In this document: one piece after another, positions 36,031 to 49,570 of the stretch
Layout: the number at the start of each line of letters is the position of its first letter
Position numbering within the stretch: the first letter of the stretch is position 1
DNA from: Malacoraja senta
Taxonomy: Eukaryota
Direction: 5' to 3'
DNA length: 64,000 bases
NCBI GenBank assembly: GCA_038087875.1
Contig: JAXLNO010003952.1
Coordinates: forward strand, 62,001-126,000
Notes under the pieces: model-generated
The model's input: only the letters and a program-made list of their open reading frames with translations
Told to the model about the DNA's origin: nothing
The model's database searches: none
Position numbers and translations under genes: made by a program

Positions 36031-36905
36031 GGGTGATTCACCCCCCCGACCCACGCACCGGGGTGATTCACCCCCCCCCCAGCCCCATATGGGGTGATTC
36101 ACCCCCCCCCCCCGACCCACACACTGGAGTGATTCACCCCCGACCCGACCCACACACCGTGGTGATTCACCCTTCCCGGACCCCCACATGGGGTGATTCA
36201 CCCCCCGGACCCCCATAATGGGGTAATTCACCCCCCCAACCTCACACAGCGGTGATTCACCCCCCCCCGACCCACACAATGGAGTGATTCAACCCCCCCC
36301 CGACCCACACATTGGAGTGATTCAACCCCCCCCCACCGACCCACACACTGGAGTGATTCATCCCCCTCCCCGACCCACACACTGGAGTGATTCACCCCCC
36401 CCGACCCCGACACCATGGGGATTCACACCCCCCGAACCTTAGACAGTGCTTATTCACCCCTCCCCCGACCCACACACTGGAGTGATTCACCCCCGACCCG
36501 ACCCACACACCATGGTGATTCACCCCCCCCCCCCGATCCTCACACAGTGGTGATTCACCCCCCCCCCCCGACCCACACACTGGAGTGATTCACCCCCCCC
36601 CGAACCCCACACCATGGCGATTCACCCTCCCCCCGAACCTCACACAGTGCTGATTCACCCCCCCCCCCCGACCCACACACTGGAGTGATTCACCCCCGAC
36701 CCGACCCACACACCGTGGTGATTCACCCTTCCCGGACCCCCACATGGGGTGATTCACCCCCCCCACCCCCTGGACCCCCATAATGGGGTGATTCACTCCC
36801 CCCACCGGACCCCCACATGGGGTGATTCACCCCCACACCCCCCGGACACCCACAATGGGGTGCTTCACCCCCCCCCCACCCCCCGGACCCCCACAATGGG
36901 GTGAT
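36031..36905. repeat. C-rich minisatellite, about 33-36-bp unit (gggtgattcaccccccc-gacccacacactgg), roughly 25 copies
   Basis: Visible tandem periodicity with a conserved GGTGATTCACC core. Confidence 0.92.
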
Positions 36906-37749
36906 TTACCAGGGTGCCGGGCTGCCTGTCGCCCTGCTGCCGCCAAACACCAAACGATATTGCCAAGTGCAGGAACTATCTTTGAAGTAGTGGGGAGGTG
37001 TCCGACTGCCCTATGGCGACAAATATGCATGGAGGCGAGAATAATTTCTTGTCATTTCTGGAGATGGTTGGCATTTTCTTTCATTATTGATAGTGCAACA
37101 TTAATTCTGAAGAATTCCAAAGAGCACAGTTGTCAAAGTTCGTCTCTTAAAGAAAGCAGACAGCAACAAAATTGTTAAGGGTAAACCAAAGCAATATTTT
37201 AATAAATTTGCCAGGGGGGAGTTGCGAGATCTATAAAGAGCACACACGTTGCTCAGTGCTTCTTGGGCTCCACTCAAAGAACAAAGGAAAGTTAATTATA
37301 CATTTTCTTATCAAAAAAACACACCTAAATCTGAGTGAAAGATCCGTAGCCCAAGGGAAACAAGGGAGGCTGGACCCATATAGTTGCAATGTCAGCCTTA
37401 TTCTCAAATCTAGGCACAGCTTCAGTACAGCTGCCCATTCCGGAAGGACAACTAACTCCATTTTGTTTTCAAATGACTTCCATCTTGGTTCCAGAATGGG
37501 CATCCGTCTGTGAACTAAAACAAGCTTGTAAGACTTGGATGAAAGCCACTACCTTGTCCTTAGCTGGGACAGGCAGTTCAGACACATATCTAATATGGTG
37601 CTGTGCCCAGACAATACATCTCTATGTTAATACATTGTCAATACATTGTTTCAATGATTAGTAGAAACCAAGCTTCTAAGATTTCCATAACTTTATTCTA
37701 CTGGGAAAATTCTCTTTTAAATTTGACTGCTTTCTGTTTTTCAGCAAAT

Positions 37750-39252
37750 TTAAAAGTAACGGTGTGCAAGCAGGCTGGAGGAGCGGGCAAAGGCATTGCC
37801 ACAGAGCGGGTAGGTGAAGGGGTGCTGACCGGTGTGGACTCGCCGGTGCTCCAGCAGGTGGTCAAGTCGGGTGAAGCCCTTTCCACAGGACGGGCAGGGG
37901 AAGGGACGCTCACCGCTGTGGGTACGCCGGTGCTGCCACAGGCTGGACCTGCTGGTGAAACCCTTGCCACACTCAGCGCACACATAGGGTGTCTCTCCGG
38001 TGTGTATCCGCTGGTGCTCCCGCAGCCCCCGTGCTCTCTTGTTACAGTGGGAGCAGCTGCTCGCCGGCGTGGGTCCGCTGGTGCTGCCGCAACCCCCGCG
38101 AGCTGTCAAACTCCTCACCGCAGTACGGGCAGTCGTAGGGCTGGCCACTTTTGTGCACGCGCTGGTAAGACAGGGGGTGGGAGGCCATGGCAAAGCGCTC
38201 TCCACGCACCGGGCTGGGGATGGGACCGTCGCCGGCGTGCACCCGCTGGTGGGACAGATGATAGGTGGAGCGGGTGAAGCCCTTGCCGCACTGGGTGCAG
38301 GTGTAGGGGCGCTCACCAGTGTGGGTGCGCTGATGGAACAGCAGGTGACCGGACTGGGTGAAGCCCTTGCCGCACTGGGCGCAGGTGTAGGGGCGCTCGC
38401 CGGTGTGGGTGCACTGGTGGGACAGCAGGGTGCAGGAGCGGGTGAAGCCCTTGCCGCACTGGGTACAGGTGTAGGGGCGCTCGCCGGTGTGGGTGCGCTG
38501 GTGGGACAGCAGGTTGCCAGACTGGATGAAGCCCTTGCCGCACTGGGTACAGGTTTAGGGGGCGCTCGCCGGTGTGGGTGCGCTGGTGCACCTGCAGGCT
38601 TCTGGAGTGAGTGAAGCCCTTGCCACACTGGGCGCAGGTGTAGGGACGCTCGCCGGTGTGGGTGCGTTGGTGCACCAGCAGGATGCTGGAGTGGGTGAAG
38701 CCTTTGCCGCACTGGGTGCAGGTGTAGGGGCGCTCGCCTGTGTGGGAGCGCTGGTGGGACAGCAGGTTGCTGGAGGAGTTGAAGCCCTTACCGCACTGGG
38801 CGCAGGTATAGGGGTGCTCGCCAGTGTGGGAGCGCTGGTGGGACAGCAGCTTGCTGGAGCGGGTGAAGCCCTTGCCGCAGTCGCTGCAGGTGTAGGGGCG
38901 CTCGCCAGTGTAGGTGCGCTGGTGGGACAGCAGGTTGCTGGAGCGGGTGAAGACCTTGCCGCAGTCGCTGCAGGTGTAGGGTCGTTCCCCGGTGTGCAGG
39001 CGCCTGTGCATCTTCAGTTCCGGCGGCGACTTGAAGCTCTTGCCGCAGTCGGAGCAGTCGAAGGGGCGTTCTCCCGTGTGAACCCGCCGGTGGATCTCCA
39101 GCCGGCTCGGGTACTGCCAGGCCTTGCCACACACGTCGCACTCATAACGCTTCTCCTTGTTGTGCCCCCTCATGTGGTCCTCCATCAAAGCGCAGCCCCT
39201 CGAAGCTCAGCCCGCACACCGAGCAGATGGGGGGTGGGGGGGAGGGGCTCAT
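37750..39252 (-). pseudogene. KRAB-less tandem C2H2 zinc-finger gene (about 17-18 finger units, several degenerate), frameshifted
   Basis: Acceptor cctgcag| near 39324; ATG 39250-39252 MSPSPPPPICSVCGLSF then a +1 shift at 39186-39200; seven TGERPY-linked fingers in ORF 38313-39188; +1 C and TAC>TAA near 38554; further fingers to LLPL* (38042) and relic fingers to 37750; AATAAA on minus at 37692-37697. Confidence 0.9.
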
Positions 39253-39423
39253 CTGCACCCTGGCCGCCCTCAATGGCCGCTCACGTCCCCGTCTCTCCGT
39301 CCACAGCAACGGCTCCTAAACCCTGCAGGAGGGGAACACAGAGGGTCAACAAGCTGGCAAACAGGACATTACTAGGACATATTGGGTGCATTTATGGCGG
39401 AGGAAACCGTTATATAATTCTGC

Positions 39424-39738
39424 GCGGCACAGTGGCGCAGCGGTACAGTTGCTGCCTCACTGCCAGAGGACGGGCTCGATCCTGACTACGGGTGCTGTCT
39501 GTGCGGAGTTTGTACGTTCTCCCCTTGACCTGCGTGGGTTTTTACTCCGGGTGCTTCAGTTTCCTCCAACATTTCAAAGACGTTCATGGTTGTAGATTAA
39601 TCGGCCTCCGCAAAATTGTTAAATTGTCCCTAATGTGCGTAGGATAGTGCTAGTGTACGGGGTGATCGCTGGTCGGCGCAGAGTCCGTGGGCCGAAAGAC
39701 CTGTTTCCGCGCTGCATCTCTAAACTAAACTAAACCAA
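39424..39738 (+). mobile_element. HE1/HER1-like V-SINE
   Basis: Same consensus, full length. Confidence 0.88.
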
Positions 39739-39814
39739 AGAAGGGTCTCGACCGAAAATGTCACCATTCCTTCTCTCCACAGATGCTGCCTGACCCGCTG
39801 AGTTACTCCAGCAC

Positions 39815-39942
39815 TCTCTCTCTGTCTCTCTCTCTCTCTTTTTCTGTCTCTCTCTCTTTCTCTTTGTCTGTCTCTCCCTCTCTCTGTCCCTCTCGTCTCT
39901 CTCTCTCTCTCTGTAACTGTCTTTCTCCCTCTCTCTATCTCA

Positions 39943-39977
<35 letters not shown>

Positions 39978-40013
39978 TCTGTCTCTCTCTCTCTCTCACT
40001 GTCTCTCTGCCGC
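39815..40013. repeat. (CT)n / (CTCTGT)n microsatellite abutting an assembly gap
   Basis: Direct reading. Confidence 0.95.
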
Positions 40014-40218
40014 NNNNNNNNNNNNNNNNNNNNNNNNNNNNNNNNNNNNNNNNNNNNNNNNNNNNNNNNNNNNNNNNNNNNNNNNNNNNNNNNNNNNNNN
40101 NNNNNNNNNNNNNNNNNNNNNNNNNNNNNNNNNNNNNNNNNNNNNNNNNNNNNNNNNNNNNNNNNNNNNNNNNNNNNNNNNNNNNNNNNNNNNNNNNNNN
40201 NNNNNNNNNNNNNNNNNN
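40014..40218. other. Assembly gap (205 N)
   Basis: N run; contiguity between the two halves of the window is not proven. Confidence 1.
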
Positions 40219-40219
40219 T

Positions 40220-41170
40220 CAATTTCAATTAAAAAACTTTATTGGCATGATAAAAAAAAATACATTGTTATATTGCCAAAGTATAAAACATGACATACAT
40301 ATTTCAAATGCATAAGTATAAATACAAGTATAGTGCATGGATAGATATGTCCCTGTACATAAACTCGCAATAGGCCTATAGCCCTTTATTGATTGCTACA
40401 CATTCTTGCTGCTGTAAGCAGTACAACAGGATAGCAAGTTTAGCAATTCAATATTAATTTCTTAGTGTCAGTTAGTCAATTAATGTGTGCGACATATGTG
40501 CATATTGGTCATTCACCGTCTCTCAGGTTATGGCATGCTGTTACGTATTGTGCACCAAGATGTGCCGTACTTCCTTCACCAAGGATTATTCTTAGTTTTG
40601 ATGTATCAACTAGTTCTTTGAAATCAGTGGTTGCCAGACTGAGTTTGTCAAAGTATGTTTTCCTTGTTTTATCAATTTTTTTGCATTTTAGGAGGAAGTG
40701 CACCTCTGTTTGAACCTCATCTGTCAAACAGTGGCCGCATATTCTGCTTTCTCTTGGTTGCCAGAATCTCTTCTGTTTTCCTTTTTCAACTGCCAAATAG
40801 TGGTCACTTAGCCTGTATTTGGTGAGGGTCTGTCTCTGCTTTATGTCTCTAACAGTTGAGAGATAGTCTGCCAATTTATAATCTCTTTTTGGGGCACGGT
40901 AACATTCTAATCTGCTTAGGCTTTTGGTTTCTTTATCCCCATGTTCCAAATACGTTTCTTTACATTGTTTGATAATTTGGTTCACTCTAACTGGTGATAG
41001 GGGATCAGTATTGATCTGAGGCTGGTCAGGATTTAACTGGATAGAGTTTAACTGAATAGGGGTAGTTAATCTCAGTACCAACTGACACAGGGAACTCTTT
41101 TCTGGGCTCCCCTCTTGTGTTTTAAGATTCAGGAGAGTTAAGCAGGAACCCTTAAACGATTTTATCATTT
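40220..41170 (-). mobile_element. Non-LTR retrotransposon 3' end, RTEX-like
   Basis: 219-aa open frame with TKYRLSDH.LAVEKG...PRESRICGHC...VQTEVHFLLKC (CCHC); tail ...catgccaataaag...(TTGAA)n. Clade assignment is from motif memory. Confidence 0.7.
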
Positions 41171-41454
41171 AAAAATAGATTGGATGGGTATATGGAGAGA
41201 GATGGAAGATTCAGTGGAGACAATCCTTTGCGGAAACTACATTTTGAAGTTAGCTGGGAGATGAATGCATAGCTATCATGTCATGAGTGTTCCAGTTAGC
41301 TCATGACTTCTGAACTTGTCTTGTTCATCAAGCTCCCTTTTCCTCAGAGTGCCAATTGTTGCACTTGTACATTGAAAGTATCAGCTCCCTTCAGAATTGG
41401 CTCCCAAAACATGGGCCTTACCCCATGTTCTCTCGGGTCAAGGAGCAGACTTTC

Positions 41455-42435
41455 TTTGATAATAATAATAATAATAATAATAATAATCCATTTTATTTAC
41501 TGGCGCCTTTCTAAAACCAAAGGACACCTTACAAGGCATATAATCACAAAAATACAAAACACATAATCGGAGTAAATTAAATATAAAAACACCACAGTAC
41601 ACAAATCAAGGACAGAATTCAAGTACAAAAGCACAAAAAGAAAATAAGAAACACAATTTGAGGAGAGAGCAGCGGCAGCCAATTCGCGCCAGCGTCCACT
41701 CTCCCCTCCGACCGCCATCTTGCACACAGACTAACAGGCACAGCACACAAAAATCATCCCCCCACAATGACCACCACTGTGGGGGAAGGCACAATGTCCA
41801 GTCCCCAACCCAGTTCTCCCCAGAGTCAGGCCCATCGAGGCCGCCACAGTTGCCTCTACGGAGGCCCGATGTTCCCGGCCGTCGGGAGAGTCCTCGCAGT
41901 GGCTGGAACGGCCGGTTTCACAGCGGAGTCCATGGCACCTGAAGCCGACAGGGCCGCGCCGATTTGGAGCCACGAGGCTCCCGATGTAAAAGTCGGCGCC
42001 GCCGCCCGCGGCTGGTCGCTCCGCAGACCCGCAGCCCGGAGGTGTTGATGTCGGCGGTCACCAGGCGGCTCCAGCGCGTCGACCCAGCGCGGCGACCCAG
42101 GCAAGGCATCGCCCGCTACGCTCCACGATAGCGCTCCAGCGCTGTGCCGCCGACCGAAGCTGAAGGTGCTGGGCGGTCCCCGCCAGGAAACGGCGCTCCA
42201 TGCCCACTGGTAGGCCACGAGGATGGGTCGACGAGGCAGCCTGGAGAAAAAGCTGCCTCACCGACCAGGTAGGGACCCAGAAATAGTTTCCCCCTTACCC
42301 CCCCACATTAAAAGTCAACATTCCCCAAACAAACAAAGAAATAAAAAAAGCTAAAACTAAAGAAAAAGTGAATTTGACGGACGGCTGCTGTTTAGCAGCC
42401 GTTCCTCCAAGATGGCGGCTCCTCCTCTGATGGAG
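41455..42435 (-). mobile_element. Non-autonomous GC-rich element with L2-type 3' tail and (TTA)n
   Basis: Minus-strand end tgtaaggtgtcctttggttttagaaaggcgccagtaaataaaatggattattatt; no coding homology recognised in the body. Confidence 0.6.
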
Positions 42436-43821
42436 GGTGGCATTGTACAATGTAGCCAGGATAATGAAGGACCTCGGTTTTGCAGATGCTCAGCATGGTC
42501 CATTCCTTCATTTACATTCAAAACAAGTCGATGATGACATGGAACTCAGCCTTTAAACGTACACTTATGTAAATGTCAAGTGCATTCGGTAGCCTGAATA
42601 CAGAGGTTGGCCCATCTTGGCTCTTGAGTAGATTGCCATTTGTCCGGTACTCAGTTCCACTCGAGTGGAAACTTGTTGGAATTGAGGTGCAACCTAGTGG
42701 TGAGAATATTGTGAAAAGCGTAGAAGTGATGACATACTCTTGAATTGCATCTAATTCTAACCTGTTAATTGGGATCACAGCCTGCAAGACATTAGGTGCC
42801 AAATACAAAATGAAAACAAGTTGCGAGGGTAGTCATACTTGAGGAGAACGCTTCACGCATTTTTTTATACAGCTTGAAAACAGGCCCCTGTAGATGGCTC
42901 GATTATAATCATGTCTTGTCTTTCCGCTGACTGGATAGCACACGACATGTGTCAGCCACCGAGTCCATGCCGAACATCAAACACCTGTTCACATTAGTTC
43001 TATGTTATCCCAGTTTCACATCCACTCCCTACACACATGGGGTCATTTATAGAGACAATTTAACCTGCAAACCCGCACATCTTTGGGATGTGGGAGGAAA
43101 CCTGAGCACCCGGAGGGTATCCACTGGGTCACAGGGAGAATGTGCAAATGCCTACCAGCTGTGTCACTGTGCCGTCTTATTGATGGAGTCAAAGGTATTA
43201 GTCAGTAACGCACAGTGTTTGACCTTGCCCTCTGCATTTTACAGTTAGTTGGCAGGTGAATGCTTAGGCCTGAAGCCACAATTAAAAAAGAGCGGGATCA
43301 ATGCTCGTTCTCTAAACCAGCAATCAGAAAAGCAAATATATAGCTTAATCTCCTGTATTTAGGGTTGTCTATGCACATGGCAAAAGAAACTGCACTTCAG
43401 ACAAAGAAGAGTAGGGATGGGAATGCAGAAGAAAGGAAATGAGACTTGAAGAAATACAGCACCGTGAGGATGATGTTAAAGTCCTCAAATTGTAATTGTC
43501 TGCATCAGTCCACGTTCTGCAGTAAACTACTTCACAGTTGAAGGATGGGAATTCTCATCTTCAGTATTTTCTCCATTGAGAAAACCTTCAACTTTCAAAG
43601 CTTTATTGAATATTCAACACAAAAGGAAAATATCTCTGCACGTTGGCACCTCACTGTTAGCAACCTGCAAACAAGGCCAGGCAAATATTGTAAAACTGGG
43701 GGGATTTTGTTTTGGTATTCATCATAAAAGATTTAAAACGCCTCACAGTTATAAATAATGTAAGAGGCATGAGACATAGATTTTGTGAGATATCACCGAG
43801 AAACAGTTGCAAAGGACAACA

Positions 43822-44282
43822 CAGTGGCAGAGTTGCTAGAGATGTTTCCTCACAGTGCCAGAGACCCGGGTTCGATCCTGACCTTGGGCTCTGTCTGTGT
43901 GGAGTTTGCACGATCTACCTGTTTCCACCAGTTTCCTCAGTTGAGAATTTCCCCAAATTTTTTAGTTTAGTTTAGTTGAGAGATACAACGCAGAAACAGG
44001 CCCTTCGGCCCACTAAGTCCACACCAACCAGCGATCCCCGCACATTAACACTGCCCCACACACACTGTGGACAATTTACCCTTATACCAAGCCAATTTAG
44101 CTACAAACCTGTACGTCTTTGGAGTGTGGGGGGGAATCAAAGATCTCGGAGAAAACCCATGCGATCACGGGGAGAACATACAAACTCCGTACAGACAGCA
44201 CCCTTAGTCTTGTTCGAAACCGGGTGTCCTGCGCTTCAAGCACTGTAAGGAAGCAACTCTACCACTGCGCCACCGTGCCGCA
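43822..44282. mobile_element. Two HE1-like SINEs tail-to-tail (about 43822-43940 plus, partial; about 43962-44282 minus)
   Basis: Consensus head on plus, then (TTTAG)n and a reverse-complement full copy. Confidence 0.8.
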
Positions 44283-47239
44283 GGAAGTGGATGAGAAAGT
44301 GGGTTAACTTAGAACTAGTGTTAATGGGCGGTCGTTGGGCAATCGGCACAGATTCGGGGGCCAAAGGACCTGATCCATGATGTATCTCTAAACTAAACAA
44401 AAACCACCAATGTTAAAACAAAATTACTTTTACATCCTTCTGTAACAGTTTAAGAATAAGGGTTAGGCCATTTAGAACTGAGATGAGGAAAAACCTTTTC
44501 ACGCAGAGAGTTGTGAATTCGTGGAATTCTCTGCCTCAGAAGGCAGTGGAGGCCGATTCACTGGATGCATTCAAAAGAAAGTTAGATAGAGCTCTTAGGG
44601 CTAGCGGAATCAAGAGATATGGGGAGAAGGCAGGAACGGGGTACTGATTGTGGATGATCAGCCATGATCACATTGAATGGTAGTGCTGGCTCAAAGGGCC
44701 GGATGGCCTACTCCTGCACCTATTTTCTATGTTTCTATACCGGCTTGTGCATCGTGTGACTCCATTGGTTTTCTCCGAGTGCCCCAGTTTCCTCCCACAC
44801 TCCAAAGATGTAGAGGTTTGTAGGTTAATTGGCTTCTGTAAATTGTAAATGGTCCCTAATGTGTAGGATAGTGCTAATGTATGGGGTGAGGGCTGCCCGG
44901 CACGGACTCGGTAGGCCGAAAGGCCTGTTCCCATGCTAAAGTCTAAACACGAGTATGAAGAGACTTAGTGCATTGCCAGCAGAATCAATTCACAATTGTT
45001 TAATTGTTATATGTACCAACAAGAGAATGATGATTTTTTACTTGCAGCAGTTTAACGGCCTGTAAATGATTTTTAAAAAATCAATGACTTAATAACTATA
45101 ATGCTAGTGCAAAAAAAAAATCAGCTACCGAGGTAAGCTTTAATCCATTTGATGATTGCTCTGTTTCCTATGAAGCATCACAGTACATCATAAGCAGCTG
45201 AGCACATCATCTTAACAATGATTTCAGGACCACAGGATAATCTATCCTTGTCTGGAACTAAAGACAACAGTGGGCTTTCCGTCAAAAACAAGAAGTGCCT
45301 CTAAAGGTGATCAATTTTGATACATGTTAATGTTAAACCGACAACTTGTGTAAAATATTACTATCTATATTGCCAAAGCCAGCAGTCTTTTGAAATTCAT
45401 TTGTACCGCCTACTCATTACTATTCTCTCTCCTCCCTCAGTTAATGGCAGATTTTTTCTGTGTTAAACACCATACGGAAATAGCATTGAGAACAGCAAGG
45501 CCATGTATTGTGGAGAGGTTAGAAGGGTCACGACTTGAAACGTCAGCTATCCATGTTCCAGCAATTGGTGTCCTGGAGGCACTTCAAATCCATTTTCAAA
45601 AATGCTCTGCTTACACCACTATTGGTCGAACATTCAAGGGCATCAGACCAAGCCTGTGACAGGTGTTAAGACAGTCAAAAAGGGGGAATATTCGACTTTT
45701 TGATCTTGGATGCAGATGCAAATGTCAACATGTGAAATGAAAGAGGTGTCATTGCACCATCTTTCTGCAGGCAAATTCCCAAATTTAAATTGAAAACACA
45801 TCTTCATCGTGTTTGAAGCATGATTTTCAAACCTGCAAATGTATCCCGGGACCCGCACTGTAGGCCGGGGACCGGATACTTGCCTGGTAGGCCCAGCCCG
45901 CCCGCCCGCCGCAGACCAGGGATCTCCCTGGTCGGCCCAGCCTGCCCGCCACAGACCAGGGACCTGCCCGGTAGGCCCAGCCCATCCCCCGGGGACCGGG
46001 GTCTTGCCCACCAATGACGGAGGACCTGTGCCATGGATCAAGGACCCACAGGAACCCACCTGGACGGTCGGTAAGCAGACCGCAGGAGGAGGGAGTCACC
46101 GTCTCAATGGTGGAGTGGGCCGCTGGAGGCCCTGCAGCAGCCTGGGGCACGGCTGGGCAGGGCGCCGCTCGAAAAGGTCGAGCACGTGTACCGGACGCCG
46201 TCAACAGCAGTGGAGCAGAGGCAGAGGAAATCAACAGCTACACTTGGCCAGGACAACAGACCTTCATGGTCAGATCAAGATCCCTGCACTTACAAAGGCT
46301 GGGACTTGAAAATGGTGCCAAACTGGCGACTCTGTATACCGTCTCTGTGTTCTACTGCATAACATTTGTAATGTATCTGAGATGCTTATCTGATGTATAG
46401 TGATACGTACTGAACTGTATACAAAAATGAATTTCACTGTACCTCAGTACATGTACCTCATTAAAGTACCGTACATTGTAATGAGGGCAGATTCAAATTA
46501 GGTCTATCAGCTCCATGGGACACCAGCAAAGCAGGACAGATTTCCATCATCTACTATAAATTGAAACTTACCAAATACTGAATGGCCTTAAGTGAGTGGA
46601 TACGGAGAGGATGTTTCCATTAGTGGGAGTGTCTAGGGCCAGATGGCATAGCTTCAGAATAAAATAATGTATCTCTAGAAAGGAGATGAAGAGGAATTTA
46701 TTTAGTCAGAAGATGGAGAATCTGTGGAATTCATTGCCACAGATTAGGTAATTTTAAGGTGGAGATTGACATATGTTTCACCAGTAAGGATGTCAAGGGT
46801 TATTGGAGAAGGCAGGAGAATGGGGTTGAGAGGGAAAGATATATCAGCCATAATTGAATAGCGGAGTAGACTCGATGGGCCAAATGGCCTGATTCTGCTC
46901 CGATGACTTATGAACTGATGAACAAGTCTGCTCATCTTTGGAATGTGGGAGAAAATCCCCGTGGTCACAGCATGAACGAACAAACTCAGTATAGACAGCA
47001 TCCATAGTTCGGATTGAACCCGAGTCTCTGGTGCTGTAAGGCAGCAACCCTACTGATGAACCACTGTCTATTCACTTTCTCAAGTTGAACTTCATTGGAA
47101 CAGAAATCTGAGGGACAAGACAAAGCTCTAAGTCACCCTTGCAGGCAAACTTGTAAATATATCACCATTTCTGACGAGTCAAAATCCTGGGCGTAATGAC
47201 ACATCAACAGTTTGGGAGTACATCATCTTGAGGACAACT

Positions 47240-47650
47240 GAGGTCCCAGCGCAAATTGGAGGAACAGCACCTCATATTTCGCTTGGGCAGCTTACACCCC
47301 AGCGGTATAAACATGAACTTCTCTAACTTCAAGTAACCCTTGCTTTCCCTCACTTTCCATCCTTCCCCCTTCCCAGTTCTCCGACCAGTCTGACTGTCTC
47401 TGACTACATTTTATCTCTGTTTGCTTTGTTGTTACCTTCTCCCAGTTAACAATGATCTATTCTACATTTTCCTTGAGCCACATCCCCTTTGTCCTGTTTT
47501 CACACCTTACTCTTCCTTATCTATGTATCTCCCTCTCCCTTGACATCAGTCTGAAGAAGGGTCTCGACCCGAAACGTCACCCATTCCTTCCGTCCGGAGA
47601 TGCTACCTGTCCTGCTGAGTTACTCCAGCATTTTGTGTCCATCTTCAAGG
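47240..47650 (+). mobile_element. Penelope-like element 3' fragment
   Basis: ...QRKLEEQHLIFRLGSLHPSGINMNFSNFK* followed by the pyrimidine-rich UTR and the gaagaagggtctcgacccgaaacgtcacc repeat. Confidence 0.85.
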
Positions 47651-48019
47651 AGGCATGATAGTTCTGAATTAATCAGGAATGGGTTTCAAATGACACCAAG
47701 TGAGCAGGTTACAAAACCACGCATGGAAAGCTGTCCACTGCAAACCTGAACTAATAAAAAAAACTCAGGATTTGTAGAATTACGTTGTGAGACAAGATTT
47801 GAAATATTTTCATCAAGCAATGCAGGTTAAGGGCTAGGGCTAAAATTAAACTGTCCTACGAAACTGCATTCATACTCCTGTCCAGTATTTCTAATAAGCC
47901 TAAGACAAGCAGCTAGAGCCACATGGATTAATCCCTTCTGCAGATTGTCAATCTGTTTAATAAAAGGAAATAGAGTGATTTGGCTCAATGTACAATATAA
48001 TGTACAATGTACATTTGGC

Positions 48020-49570
48020 TCAATGTACTTAAGGAAGTAGCCCCAGAAATAGTGGATGCATTTGTGATAATTTTTCAAAACTTTAGATTGTGGAGTAGTT
48101 CCTGAGGATTGGAGGGTAGCTAATGTAACCCCACTTTTTAAAAAGGGAGGGAGAGAGAAAACGGTGAATTACAGACCAGTTAGTCTAACGTCGGTAGTGG
48201 GGAAACTGCTAGAATCAGTTATTAAAGATGGGATAGCAGCACATTTGGAAAGTGGTGAAATCATTGGACAAAGTCAGCATGGATTTATGAAAGGTAAATC
48301 ATGTCTGACGAATCTTATAGAATTTTTCGAGGATGTAACTAGTAGAGTGGATAAGGGAGAACCAGTGGATGTGTTATATCTGGACTTTCAGAAGGCTTTC
48401 GACAAGGTCCCATATAAGAGATTAGTATACAAACTTAAAGCACACGGCATTGGGGGTTCAGTATTGATGTGGATAGAGAACTGGCTGGCAGACAGGAAGC
48501 AAAGAGTAGGAATAAACGGGTCCTTTTCACAATGGCAGGCAGTGACTAGTGGGGTACCGCAAGTCTCAGTGCTGGGACCCCAGCTATTTACGATATATAT
48601 TAATGATTTGGACGAGGGAATTGAATGCAACATCTCCAAGTTTGCAGATGACACGAAGCTGGGGGGCAGTGTTAGCTGTGAGGAGGATGCTCGGAGGCTG
48701 CAAGGTGACTTGGATAGGCTGGGTGAGTGGGCAAATGCATGGCAGATGCAGTATAATGTGGATGTGAGGTTATCCACTTTGGTGGCAAAAACAGGAAAGT
48801 CGACTATTATCTGAATGGTGGCCGATTAGGAAAAGGGGAGTGCAATGAGACCTGGGTGTCATGGTACACCAGTCATTAAAAGTAGGCATGCAGGTGCAGC
48901 AGGCAGTGAAGAAGGCGAATGGTATGTTAGCATTCATAGCAAAAGGAATTGAGTATAGGAGCAGGGAGGTTCTACTGCAGTTGTGCAGGGTCTTGGTGAG
49001 ACCACACCTGGAGTATTGCGTACAGTTTTGGTCTCCTAATCTGAGGAAAGACATTCTTGCCATAGAGGGAGTACAGAGATGGTTCACCAGCCTGATTCCT
49101 GGGATGTCAGGACTTTCATATGAAGAAAGACTGGATAGACTCGGTTTGTACTCGCTAGAATTTAGAAGATTGAGGGGGGATCTTATAGAAACGTACAAAA
49201 TTCTTAAGGGGTTGGACAGGCTAGATTCAGGAAGATTGTTCCCGATGTTGGGGAAGTCCAGAACAAGGGGTCACAGTTAAAGGATAAGGGAGAAATCTTT
49301 TAGGACGGAGATGAGGAAATCATTTTTCACACAGAGAGTGGTGAATCTCTGGAATTCTCTGCCACAGAAGGTAGTTGAGGCCAGTTCATTGGCTATATTC
49401 AAGAGGGAGTTAGATGTGGCCCTTGTGGCTAAAGGGATCAGGGGGTATGGAGAGAAAGCAGGTACAGGATACTGAGTTGGATGATCAGCCATGACCATAT
49501 TGAATGGCGGTGCAGGCTCGAAGGGCCGAATGGCCTACTCCTGCACCTGTTTTCTATGTTTCTATTTTTC
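48020..49570 (+). mobile_element. CR1 LINE ORF2 (RT) and 3' UTR, 5' truncated
   Basis: NYRPVSLTSVVGKLLE, SQHGFMKGKSCLTNL, YLDFQKAFDKVP, SGVPQVSVLGP, ISKFADDTKL, RPHLEYCVQFWSP; frameshifts near 48770 and 48840. Confidence 0.95.

Noticed and set aside
35333-36805. Pro-rich and Gly-rich ORFs of 60-254 aa
   Set aside because: Translations of the two C-rich minisatellites.
38000-39485. Long Ala/Gly/Leu-rich plus-strand ORFs (38000-38614, 38574-39485) and alternative minus frames
   Set aside because: Antisense and off-frame shadows of the repetitive zinc-finger array.
39783-40232. ORFs spanning 39783-40232
   Set aside because: Microsatellite plus N-gap artefacts.
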